Source of the DNA: Oscillospiraceae bacterium
GTDB lineage: Bacteria > Bacillota > Clostridia > Oscillospirales > CAG-272
Direction: 5' to 3'
DNA length: 64,000 nucleotides
NCBI GenBank assembly: GCA_015064345.1
Contig: SVSK01000001.1
Span: 6,937 to 70,936 of the forward strand
Positions 17,636 to 25,927 of the stretch are shown piece after piece; position 1 is the first letter of the stretch, and the number at the start of each line of letters is the position of its first letter. The notes beneath the pieces are model-generated. The model ran no database searches. It saw nothing but the letters and a program-made list of their open reading frames with translations, and was not told the origin of the DNA. Both the position numbers and the translations under genes were made by a program.

Positions 17636-18793
17636 TCAATGAATCAGCTTAATGATAATGTTTTGCTTTACGTCAACCGCACCGATTGGACAGAGCTCCT
17701 GACAGCAGTAGCACTTGATGCAGTCGCCGCGATGAATGACGGCCAGCTTTTTGCCGTGTTTTTTCTTTATCTCAATGGTATGACGGGGGCAAGACTCCGC
17801 ACATTTTCCGCAACCGATGCACTTTTTAAGATTGATTGCAGGTTTGGATTCAAAAAACTTTGCCAGACTGCCGCCCATGATTCCCGAAAGATTGCCGAGG
17901 AAGCTTACGCTGTCGGGCAGGGCAAATTCGTACTGCGGTATCTCATCAAGTCCGCGCACATCAATATCCTGCCGGTTTCTCGATACGAGACCTCTCTCTG
18001 CCGCATAATCAAGCATTCTTACGTTGCCGTCGTTCTTCATAACGTGCTCACCGACTACGTCAAGTGCATAGGGAGATCGGGAGGCGAGGACAAGCTCTGT
18101 CTTCTTCGGTGTGCCGTGGGTAGGACCGTTGCCCTCCATTGAAATAATGGCATCGCAGAGTGCAAGGAACGTCTTGTTTTCGAGAACGTAGGAGGCAAGA
18201 TCTATGAGCATTTCGCTGAACGAATCCACGTCGGGGAAAGATGAGTGCATCTCAAACTTCTCTACACCCGGGATGATGCCAAAGAGATTCTTTGTAGCAC
18301 CGGAAAGGCCCGTGAGAGAGTGAGTTTTCAGTTTGCAAAGGTCGATTATCACTTCCGCATCCATTACCGCGTTAATAACGTGCATGTTTTTAAGTCTGGT
18401 GCCGTTTGTTCTTACACTCGACCAGGTGAAATCGTCATTGATCTTCAGCATATCACAGCGAATTGAGTTCATCTCACAGACGCGGTAAACATTATTGAGT
18501 GCTACAGCATTAAACGGACCTCCGGGTGAATCTGCCAGTACAAGGCTTGCGGGATTCATCTCGGAAATGAGCTTTGCACATGCTTCAACAAAGAGCGGAT
18601 GGGATGTTGCACCGAATTCAGGCTTCTTCGCAAGCACAAGATTCGGCTTGAGCAGTACTTTCTTGCCCTCGATCAGCTCTCTTGAGAAGCCGAGCTCACA
18701 AAAAGCATCACGCATGATGGAGTATAGTGTGTCAACATCGTATGTGTCGCAGTAAGCGGCATAAACAGGAGCGTTTTTGATGTTTTCGATCAT
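17636..18793 (-). CDS. DUF362 domain protein with C-terminal 2x[4Fe-4S] ferredoxin domain
   Basis: 385-aa ORF. DUF362-like N-terminal region (KPNLV...). C-terminus has CIGCGKCAESCP and CIKCYCCQELCP. Its stop lies 1 nt before the ispE ORF. Confidence 0.8.
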   Translation of the reverse strand: MIENIKNAPVYAAYCDTYDVDTLYSIMRDAFCELGFSRELIEGKKVLLKPNLVLAKKPEFGATSHPLFVEACAKLISEMNPASLVLADSPGGPFNAVALNNVYRVCEMNSIRCDMLKINDDFTWSSVRTNGTRLKNMHVINAVMDAEVIIDLCKLKTHSLTGLSGATKNLFGIIPGVEKFEMHSSFPDVDSFSEMLIDLASYVLENKTFLALCDAIISMEGNGPTHGTPKKTELVLASRSPYALDVVGEHVMKNDGNVRMLDYAAERGLVSRNRQDIDVRGLDEIPQYEFALPDSVSFLGNLSGIMGGSLAKFFESKPAINLKKCIGCGKCAESCPRHTIEIKKKHGKKLAVIHRGDCIKCYCCQELCPIGAVDVKQNIIIKLIH

Positions 18794-18953
18794 AGTTACA
18801 ATACACTGTCTTTCGTGTTATTTTTTAATTTAATAATTGATTATACCATATTCATCGGAATTAATCAAGAACAATGTTCCCGCGTGCAAAAGTTATGAAG
18901 ATACTTGATTTTCTCGGATGCTTGTGTTATGATGGACTAAAGCGATAAACTGC

Positions 18954-19697
18954 ATGGAGGCAGATGACGTGAACAACACGATCAAGTTTAATGCAAGAAA
19001 AACAAAGCTTATTGCCCATCGGGGACTTTCCGGCTTGGAAAAGGAGAATACCTGTGCGGCATTTGTAGCGGCGGGCAACCGATCCTACTACGGCATTGAG
19101 ACAGACATTCATAAGACCGGCAACGGTAACTTTATTATCATACACGACTCCACAACTATAAGAGTAGCAGGGGACAACGTAAATGTTGAGGAGACAACGT
19201 ACGAGACTCTGCGACAGATCAGACTGCTGAACCGTAGCGGAATCAAGGATAGGGCGGATCTTCACCTGCCGTCTCTTGAAGAGTATATTTCCATATGCAA
19301 GCAGTATGAAAAGATCGCGGTGCTTGAGCTTAAGACTGACTTCACGCCTGAACAGATCCGTGAGATAATCGACAGGATCGAGGCACTCGACTACATAGAC
19401 GGAGTAGTGTTCATTTCTTTTATCTACGACACACTGCTCAAAGTCCGTGAGTACAGACCGAATCAGAGGTGCCAGTGGCTGCAGGGGAAAATGAAAGAGA
19501 GGGATATTTGCCGACTTGCCGCCGACAAAATAGACGTTGATATCTGCTGGACAGATCTCACAAAGAAAAAGGTGGAGATGATCCACAAAAAGGGACTTGA
19601 GGTCAACTGCTGGACTGTGGACAACCCCGAAACCGCTGAAATGCTTGCGAGCTGGGGTGTAGACTATATCACGTCTAACATTCTTGAAGCGGAATAA
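18954..19697 (+). CDS. Glycerophosphodiester phosphodiesterase family protein
   Basis: GDPD signature (IAHRG.SG...ENT..AF, E.D). An alternative GTG start at 18969 has a better RBS (GGAGG 18956-18960, 8-nt spacer). A TTGATT-17-TATGAT promoter lies just upstream. Confidence 0.85.
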   Translation: MEADDVNNTIKFNARKTKLIAHRGLSGLEKENTCAAFVAAGNRSYYGIETDIHKTGNGNFIIIHDSTTIRVAGDNVNVEETTYETLRQIRLLNRSGIKDRADLHLPSLEEYISICKQYEKIAVLELKTDFTPEQIREIIDRIEALDYIDGVVFISFIYDTLLKVREYRPNQRCQWLQGKMKERDICRLAADKIDVDICWTDLTKKKVEMIHKKGLEVNCWTVDNPETAEMLASWGVDYITSNILEAE

Positions 19698-19718
19698 TTT
19701 GCGTAAAGGAGAAGAATT

Positions 19719-21467
19719 ATGAAAACAATACGCTTAAAAGATTACGGTATTTTGCCTGATACAGACATAACCTTGGCTCTTTGCGAGCTTTTCAGAAACA
19801 ATCCCCGTGACACAGAATTTGTGTTTGAAGACGCAGACTATTACTTCACTCCATATGAGGAGATGAGATACGACTATCGCGTTTCCAATTCCGACGTAAC
19901 CCCTTACCGTGTGCTCGGCTTGTGGATGCGTGATATGGAAAACTGCAAGCTGACCGGTAACGGAGCAAGGCTGTACTATGCAGGTCATATGCAGGCTGTG
20001 ACAATGGACCACTGCAAGAACATCACGATGTCAGGCCTTGTTATCGACTGGAAGAAGCCTCTTGTAGCGGAGGGCGTGGCGGTAGCAATTGGTGAAAAAC
20101 ATATCGATATGTACATAGATCCCGTGGCATTTCCTCACAGATTCACGGGAAGCAATGTGGAGTTTGACGTTGGCAACGACGAGTGGTATCCTCTTCTCGT
20201 ACGCAACTGCCTGCAGTATGATGCGGAACATATGATTGCCAGCCGCGTAAACGGTAATAGTTTTGTTCCGTGGAGCGCAGAGGACCTGGGAGACAACGTA
20301 TACCGCCTCCATGCCTGCAGTGAGGTACATGCAAGAGTAGGGAACGTGTTTATCCTGCGCCACAATATGAGAATGCACGCAGGTATTTTCGCAGAAAAGT
20401 GCGAGAACGTTACAGTTAACGATGTAACTGTTCATTCATGCGGTGGTCTTGGTTGCCTCGCACAGTTCTGCCACGGTATGACGTTTAACGGATTGCACTT
20501 CGTACCCAACACCAAAGCTGGACGAAAGGTATCCAGCGGACGTGATGACGGATTCCACCTTACCAACAACAGTGGTACAATGACAATAAGCGGATGCACG
20601 TTCCTCGGACTGATGGATGACCCGATCAACGTTCACAGCTGCTGCTGTCCTGTTGAGTCAGTAGTGGACGATTATACTTTGAAGTGCAGATACGGTCACG
20701 AAGAAGCAAAGGGCTTCCACTATTGGGCAGAAAAGGGGGATGAGATCACTCTCATTCGCCGAGGCAATCTTGAACAACTCGGTAGTCTCACAACGGCCGA
20801 ATATGAGCTTATTGATCTTGAAACATTCTACCTTAGATTTAACGAGCCCATCCCCGAGGAAATAAAGCAGATTGCGACTGACGGCAAGCTGACTGTTGAT
20901 AATTACAATCATACAGCAGCGTTTGTGTGCCGTGGTAACCGCTTCGGAAGCAGCAACTGCAGGGGTATGCTTATCTCAACTCCCAAACCTGTTCTGGTTG
21001 AAAACAACTATTTCCTGTCATCAGGCTCACCTATCGTTATCCCCGGAGACGCAATGTACTGGTTTGAATCTGGTCCCTGCCGCGATGTGGTGATCAGGAA
21101 TAACGTCTTCACCGATGCATGCCTCACTGCAGATTATCAGGACTGCTACGGGGTCATCAGCATTTCTCCTCAGGTTCCCGAGCCGGATATAAACATCCCC
21201 TTCCACAGAAATATCCGCATTACGGACAACGTGTTTGACACAGCTGACACTCCTGTTCTTTATGCTTATTCAGTGAAAGGACTTGAGTTCAAAAATAACC
21301 GTATATATAAGAGCTACGCAGCGCCTAAGTGGCATCCGAACGACTGCAAGATCAAGCTTCGCTACTGCGTAGATGCAGATGTGAGCGGAAACGAGTGGAT
21401 CGGCAAGTTTGATTTTGGAAACGAAGTAATACTTGACGGAGAAAACTTGAATATCATAACCGAATAA
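19719..21467 (+). CDS. Right-handed parallel beta-helix repeat protein (probable glycoside hydrolase/lyase; GH110-like is only a guess)
   Basis: 582-aa ORF with repeated N-x-x-(I/V)-x-G / NN-F type beta-helix turns and no signal peptide. Function is inferred from fold-type repeats only. Confidence 0.55.
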   Translation: MKTIRLKDYGILPDTDITLALCELFRNNPRDTEFVFEDADYYFTPYEEMRYDYRVSNSDVTPYRVLGLWMRDMENCKLTGNGARLYYAGHMQAVTMDHCKNITMSGLVIDWKKPLVAEGVAVAIGEKHIDMYIDPVAFPHRFTGSNVEFDVGNDEWYPLLVRNCLQYDAEHMIASRVNGNSFVPWSAEDLGDNVYRLHACSEVHARVGNVFILRHNMRMHAGIFAEKCENVTVNDVTVHSCGGLGCLAQFCHGMTFNGLHFVPNTKAGRKVSSGRDDGFHLTNNSGTMTISGCTFLGLMDDPINVHSCCCPVESVVDDYTLKCRYGHEEAKGFHYWAEKGDEITLIRRGNLEQLGSLTTAEYELIDLETFYLRFNEPIPEEIKQIATDGKLTVDNYNHTAAFVCRGNRFGSSNCRGMLISTPKPVLVENNYFLSSGSPIVIPGDAMYWFESGPCRDVVIRNNVFTDACLTADYQDCYGVISISPQVPEPDINIPFHRNIRITDNVFDTADTPVLYAYSVKGLEFKNNRIYKSYAAPKWHPNDCKIKLRYCVDADVSGNEWIGKFDFGNEVILDGENLNIITE

Positions 21468-21473
21468 CAAAAC

Positions 21474-21507
21474 AAAAAAACTGCTGACCAAAACGATCAG
21501 CAGTTTT
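21474..21507. terminator. Bidirectional intrinsic terminator (beta-helix gene / pckG)
   Basis: CTGCTGA (21481-21487) pairs with TCAGCAG (21497-21503), flanked by an A-run and a T-run. Confidence 0.75.
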
Positions 21508-21520
21508 ATATTGTCTCAAA

Positions 21521-23302
21521 TTAGCCGAGTCTTGCTTCGAGAGCAGCGAGCTCTTCGTGAAGCTCTGCGGGAACTCTCTCGCCGATAAGTGCGTAGAATT
21601 CCTTGATGTTCTGGATGTCAGCCTTCCAGCTGTCAACGTCAACGGAAACGAGCTCACGGATAGTGTCGATTGTGATACCGTCGAGACCTTCGATGTTGAT
21701 GTCCTCTGCCTTCGGAACATAACCGATAGCTGTGAGGTCAGCGTCAACCTTGCCTTCGCAACGGTCGAGGATCCAGAGGAGAACTCTCATGTTGTCACCG
21801 AAGCCGGGCCAAATGAAGTTGCCGTTATCATCTGTTCTGAACCAGTTAACGTGGAAAATCTTGGGAGCGTTGGGAATGTTCTTGCCCATGTTGAGCCAGT
21901 GAGCGAAATAGTCACCCATGTCGTAGCCTGTGAACGGACGCATAGCCATAGGGTCGCGGCGAACTACACCAACAGCACCTGCTGCAGCTGCAGTTGTTTC
22001 GGAAGCCATGATGGAGCCAACGAATGTACCGTTCTGCCAGGATGTGGACTGGTATACCAGGGGAGCAGTCTTTGCACGTCTGCCGCCGAATACGATAGCG
22101 GAGATGGGCACGCCTGCGGGATTGTTGAATTCCTTAGAAAGGCAAGGACAGTTGATAGCCTTTGCTGTGAAACGGGAGTTGGGATGTGCGCCTGCGGTCT
22201 GAACCTTGTTGTTCTTGTCGTAGGTCTTGTAGTCCCAGGGTTCGTTTCTCCAGTTGGTTGCGTTAACGGGAGGATTGTTGTCGAGGCCTTCCCACCAAAC
22301 AGTGTTGTCATCAAGATTGTGGCAAACGTTTGTGAAGATAGTGTCCTTAAGGCAGGTAGAAAGAGCGTTGGGATTGGACTTATCGTTAGTACCGGGAGCA
22401 ACGCCGAAGAATCCGTTTTCGGGGTTAACAGCCCAGAGTCTACCGTCAGCACCAACACGGAGCCATGCGATGTCGTCACCTACGCACCATACCTTGTAGC
22501 CCTGCTTTGCGTAAACTTCCGGAGGAATGAGCATTGCGAGGTTGGTCTTACCGCATGCGGAGGGGAATGCAGCGGAGATGTACTTAACTTCACCGTTGGG
22601 GTATTCAACGCCGAGGATGAGCATGTGTTCAGCCATCCAGCCTTCCTTACGACCGAGGTAGGAAGCGATACGGAGAGCGAAGCACTTCTTACCGAGAAGA
22701 ACGTTTCCGCCGTAACCGGAGTTAACAGACCAGATTGTGTTATCTTCGGGGAAGTGAACGATGTAGCGGTTTTCTTCGTCAAGATCAGCCTTTGCGTGCA
22801 GACCCTTGATGTAGTCAGCGGAGTCGCCGAGAGCTTCAAGAACGTTTGTGCCAACGCGAGTCATGATGAGCATGTTGAGTACAACGTAAATGGAGTCTGT
22901 AAGCTCGATACCGTACTTAGCAAAGTCGGAGCCAACGATACCCATGGAGTATGGAATAACGTACATTGTTCTGCCCTTCATAGAGCCCTTGTAGAGCTTG
23001 GAGAGCTTAGCGTAGCATTCCTTAGGATCCATCCAGTTGTTGATGTTGCCGGCGTCTTCCTTCTTGCTTGTGCAGATGAAAGTTCTGCCTTCAACTCTTG
23101 CAACGTCGTTGATAGCTGTGTGGTGGAGGTAGCATCCGGGGAGCTTTTCCTCGTTCAGCTTGATCATTTCGCCTGTGGAGCAAGCTTCTGCGCGAAGAGC
23201 CTCAGCCTGTTCTTCTGAACCGTCGATCCAAACGATCTTATCGGGTGTTGTGAGGGCAGCCATTTCTTCTACCCAAGACATTACGTGCTTGTTTGCTGTC
23301 AT
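21521..23302 (-). CDS. pckG: Phosphoenolpyruvate carboxykinase (GTP)
   Basis: 593-aa ORF with GTP-PEPCK signatures (FPSACGKTN kinase-1a loop, GDDIAW, NWFR). AGGAG RBS. A TTGAAA-17-TATAAT promoter lies about 120 nt upstream on the minus strand. Confidence 0.95.
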   Translation of the reverse strand: MTANKHVMSWVEEMAALTTPDKIVWIDGSEEQAEALRAEACSTGEMIKLNEEKLPGCYLHHTAINDVARVEGRTFICTSKKEDAGNINNWMDPKECYAKLSKLYKGSMKGRTMYVIPYSMGIVGSDFAKYGIELTDSIYVVLNMLIMTRVGTNVLEALGDSADYIKGLHAKADLDEENRYIVHFPEDNTIWSVNSGYGGNVLLGKKCFALRIASYLGRKEGWMAEHMLILGVEYPNGEVKYISAAFPSACGKTNLAMLIPPEVYAKQGYKVWCVGDDIAWLRVGADGRLWAVNPENGFFGVAPGTNDKSNPNALSTCLKDTIFTNVCHNLDDNTVWWEGLDNNPPVNATNWRNEPWDYKTYDKNNKVQTAGAHPNSRFTAKAINCPCLSKEFNNPAGVPISAIVFGGRRAKTAPLVYQSTSWQNGTFVGSIMASETTAAAAGAVGVVRRDPMAMRPFTGYDMGDYFAHWLNMGKNIPNAPKIFHVNWFRTDDNGNFIWPGFGDNMRVLLWILDRCEGKVDADLTAIGYVPKAEDINIEGLDGITIDTIRELVSVDVDSWKADIQNIKEFYALIGERVPAELHEELAALEARLG

Positions 23303-23534
23303 GATAACTCCTTATATGTATTGTTTTTTTATTTTTTCTTGTTGTTATTCGAGGATATTTCATTAAATTATCCCCAAATTTACCTATCATAAATTATACA
23401 CTATGAGAACTGTTTTTTCAAGAGCAAATTACGAAATAAAAAATAAAGTTTAATGTACGATTATTATGCTGTTTGACGAAAAGATGGGATGAGGGGGAGT
23501 GCGTCGAAAATAATCAAAAAAATAATAAAAAACA

Positions 23535-23548
23535 CGAACAAGTGTTTA
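23535..23548 (+). promoter_or_regulatory. Putative LexA (Cheo/SOS) box
   Basis: CGAACAAGTGTTTA compared with the Firmicute consensus CGAAC-N4-GTTCG (CGAAC and GTT conserved). It overlaps the -35 of the lexA promoter. Confidence 0.55.
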
Positions 23549-23573
23549 CATTGTCGATCGTTTGTGTTATAAT
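23545..23573 (+). promoter_or_regulatory. lexA promoter (TTTACA-17-TGnTATAAT)
   Basis: TTTACA at 23545-23550, 17-nt spacer ending in TGT, TATAAT at 23568-23573. Confidence 0.55.
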
Positions 23574-23644
23574 AAGGTAAGCGAACAAATAACAAAGCGA
23601 TATTTTGACACAAACACGGTAAATAAAATAAGGCGGTAATATAC

Positions 23645-24265
23645 ATGACAAGTCTCGACCCAAAAGAACAGCGAATATTTGACTATATTAAAGAAAACAT
23701 ACTGAAAAACGGATATTCTCCCTCTATCAGGGATATTTGCTCTGCACTTCACATTAAGAGCACATCCACAGTGCACACATGCCTTGACAGACTGGAGAAA
23801 AAGGGCTACATTCAGAAGGAAAACGGTAAGAGCCGTACGCTCAGAATCGAGGGCCTTACAGCCGACGGAAGAGAAGAGCCGAAGGACTATATGAACGTGC
23901 CGATCCTCGGTAAGGTAACAGCAGGTCAGCCTATTCTCGCTGTAGAAAATTACGAGGGCTACGTTCACTATCCAAAGGGAATGAGAGCCTTGCCTGCGGG
24001 AGAGCTTTTTGCACTGAAAGTCAGAGGCACAAGCATGATAGAAGCGGGGATCCTTGACGGGGACATTGTTATCGTTGAGAAGACACCCATGGCGGAGAAC
24101 GGAGACATCGTAGTTGCACTTATCGACGACGAAGCTACTGTTAAGACCTTCTACAAGGAAAGCGGACACTTCCGACTTCAGCCGGAAAATAAGACCATGC
24201 TCCCGATTATTGTAACCAACCTTATGATTCTCGGAAAAGTTGTGGCAAGCGTGAGATATTATTGA
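23645..24265 (+). CDS. lexA: LexA repressor (S24 autopeptidase)
   Basis: 206-aa ORF. Winged-helix N-terminus (GYSPSIRDI...S.STVH..L..LEKKGYI). Cleavage/catalytic region (AG.P, G.SM, GDIVVA...KT). Confidence 0.95.
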   Translation: MTSLDPKEQRIFDYIKENILKNGYSPSIRDICSALHIKSTSTVHTCLDRLEKKGYIQKENGKSRTLRIEGLTADGREEPKDYMNVPILGKVTAGQPILAVENYEGYVHYPKGMRALPAGELFALKVRGTSMIEAGILDGDIVIVEKTPMAENGDIVVALIDDEATVKTFYKESGHFRLQPENKTMLPIIVTNLMILGKVVASVRYY

Positions 24266-24297
24266 TCATAACAACAAAAAATAAAGGAGAAAACAAA

Positions 24298-24714
24298 ATG
24301 GCAAACGAAATCATCAAGGGAATGGGATTCCATCACATAGCTGTAAAGGCAAAGAATTACGAGGAGTCCATGAAGTTCTATACAGAAGGACTTGGCATGA
24401 AGTTTATGACTCAGTGGGGCGAGGGCGACGAGAGAATCGCTATGCTCGACATGGGTAACGGCGATATCGTAGAGCTTTTCGCAGGCGGAAATGACAAAGA
24501 GTCCGTTGACCCTAAGTATATTCACTTTGCTATGTGCGTGGACGACGTTGATGCGGCATATGAGGCAGCTCTCAAGGCAGGTGCAAAGCCTAAGACTGCT
24601 CCCCTTGTTGCACCTCTCGACTCTGCTCCCATAAAGCTGACTCTCAACTGTGCATTCGTTTACGGCCCTGCAGGTGAGGAGCTTGAGTTTTTCAAGATTC
24701 TGGAGCAGAAGTAA
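24298..24714 (+). CDS. VOC family protein (glyoxalase/bleomycin-resistance/dioxygenase fold)
   Basis: MANEIIKGMGFHHIAVKAKNYEESMKFY... is the typical VOC N-terminus. AAGGAG RBS upstream of ATG 24298. The track start at 24262 overlaps lexA. Confidence 0.85.
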   Translation: MANEIIKGMGFHHIAVKAKNYEESMKFYTEGLGMKFMTQWGEGDERIAMLDMGNGDIVELFAGGNDKESVDPKYIHFAMCVDDVDAAYEAALKAGAKPKTAPLVAPLDSAPIKLTLNCAFVYGPAGEELEFFKILEQK

Positions 24715-24754
24715 TATTATTTGAATAACACACTTTCTTGGAGGAATAATAATT

Positions 24755-25048
24755 ATGCTCGCAACTCTTGTTTTCGTTGACGTGATTCCCGAATATACCG
24801 AGCAGTTCAAACAGATCACAAAATACAATCATGAAAACTCCCGCAAAGAGCCCGGAAACGTGAGATTTGACGTGCTTTGCGATAATAACGATCCGAATAA
24901 GTTCATTCTGTTTGAGGTGTACGAAGATGCCGACGCAGCAGCCGCACACAAGCAGACAGAGCACTACAACAAGTGGCGCGAAACTGTGGCACCTATGATG
25001 GCTTCTCCCAGACGCGCAATTCCCACAACTCCGTACTGCTTTGACTGA
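24755..25048 (+). CDS. Antibiotic-biosynthesis-monooxygenase (ABM) family protein / putative quinol monooxygenase
   Basis: 97-aa ORF with the ferredoxin-like ABM pattern (E.GN..F......P..F...E.Y.D..A...H..T.H). GGAGG RBS. Confidence 0.8.
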   Translation: MLATLVFVDVIPEYTEQFKQITKYNHENSRKEPGNVRFDVLCDNNDPNKFILFEVYEDADAAAAHKQTEHYNKWRETVAPMMASPRRAIPTTPYCFD

Positions 25049-25688
25049 TCTGACACGGGACTTTTATCGCGCTGATGCATTGACATTGGCACGTCAGCTT
25101 ATTGGAAAAACTCTCGTTCATCGGACGGAGCATGGCGAAATCTGCGGCATCATATCCGAGGCCGAGGCGTATATGGGTGTCACGGACAGGGCGTGTCATG
25201 CGTTTGGCGGAAGGCGTACGAAGCGGACGGAAACCATGTACATGGACGGTGGGCATGCGTATGTTTATCTCATCTACGGTATGTATTCCTGCATGAACAT
25301 TACCGCAAATTCCGTGGGTGTACCCGAAGCAGTGCTGATTCGTGCGGTTATGCCAATCGGCGGTGAGGAGTTGCTTTATGCTAATGTAAAGAGAACGAGC
25401 CGACGCAAGAATCTGCCGGACAGTTGTCTTGGGCTGAGCAAAGCAGAGATGTATTCTTTTGCAGACGGTCCGGGCAAGCTGTGCAACGCCATGGGCATAT
25501 CCCGAGAGCATGACGGTTGTGATATGATGGGAGACCGTCTGTTTGTCAGAGACGACGGATGGCAGGCAGAGAAAATAATATGCGCTCCTCGTATCGGAAT
25601 CGACTATGCCGGTGAGGCGGCATCTTATCCATGGCGCTTTACTGCCGATGCAGTCGGAAACGTGCCGATTTTTACGAAAAAAACATAA
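25041..25688 (+). CDS. DNA-3-methyladenine glycosylase (Mpg/AAG family)
   Basis: 215-aa ORF with Mpg family motifs (EAEAYMG..D.A.HAF.G.RT.RT..M...GG.AYVY.IYGM. C.N). Apparent TTG start at 25041 overlaps the ABM stop by 8 nt. Confidence 0.88.
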   Translation: MTDLTRDFYRADALTLARQLIGKTLVHRTEHGEICGIISEAEAYMGVTDRACHAFGGRRTKRTETMYMDGGHAYVYLIYGMYSCMNITANSVGVPEAVLIRAVMPIGGEELLYANVKRTSRRKNLPDSCLGLSKAEMYSFADGPGKLCNAMGISREHDGCDMMGDRLFVRDDGWQAEKIICAPRIGIDYAGEAASYPWRFTADAVGNVPIFTKKT

Positions 25689-25878
25689 GTGATTTTTTGA
25701 TGGCAATGATAAATCAATAACGATCAGGCTTCGGGTATTTCTACTGCGGATAACTCGAAGTCTTATAATTTTCTGTCGAAAAAATATATTACACATATAC
25801 AGATGTAATTATTTGTTGAAAATGCTAAAAAGCCAAGCGTGAAAGCGCAAAAAAATTAATATATATATCAAAAAACTA

Positions 25879-25907
25879 TTGAAAAATAGTTTTGTGTGTT
25901 GTATAAT
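25879..25907 (+). promoter_or_regulatory. Promoter of the glycogen operon (TTGAAA-17-TATAAT, TG-extended)
   Basis: TTGAAA at 25879-25884, 17-nt spacer ending in TTG, TATAAT at 25902-25907. Confidence 0.6.
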
Positions 25908-25927
25908 TATGGTAAGAGAAAGGATGG

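Noticed and set aside
21557-23218. 553-aa plus-strand ORF antisense to pckG
   Set aside because: The pckG frame carries unmistakable GTP-PEPCK motifs. The antisense product is Val/Cys/Asn-rich nonsense. The same artefact occurs opposite ackA (57929..58987), gdhA (15220..16071), metG (62805..63635) and lon (44699..45595).
23551-23595. Possible additional LexA half-sites (CGATCGTTTGTGTT; CGAACAAATAACAA)
   Set aside because: Only one arm matches CGAAC-N4-GTTCG in each case, which is too degenerate to call.
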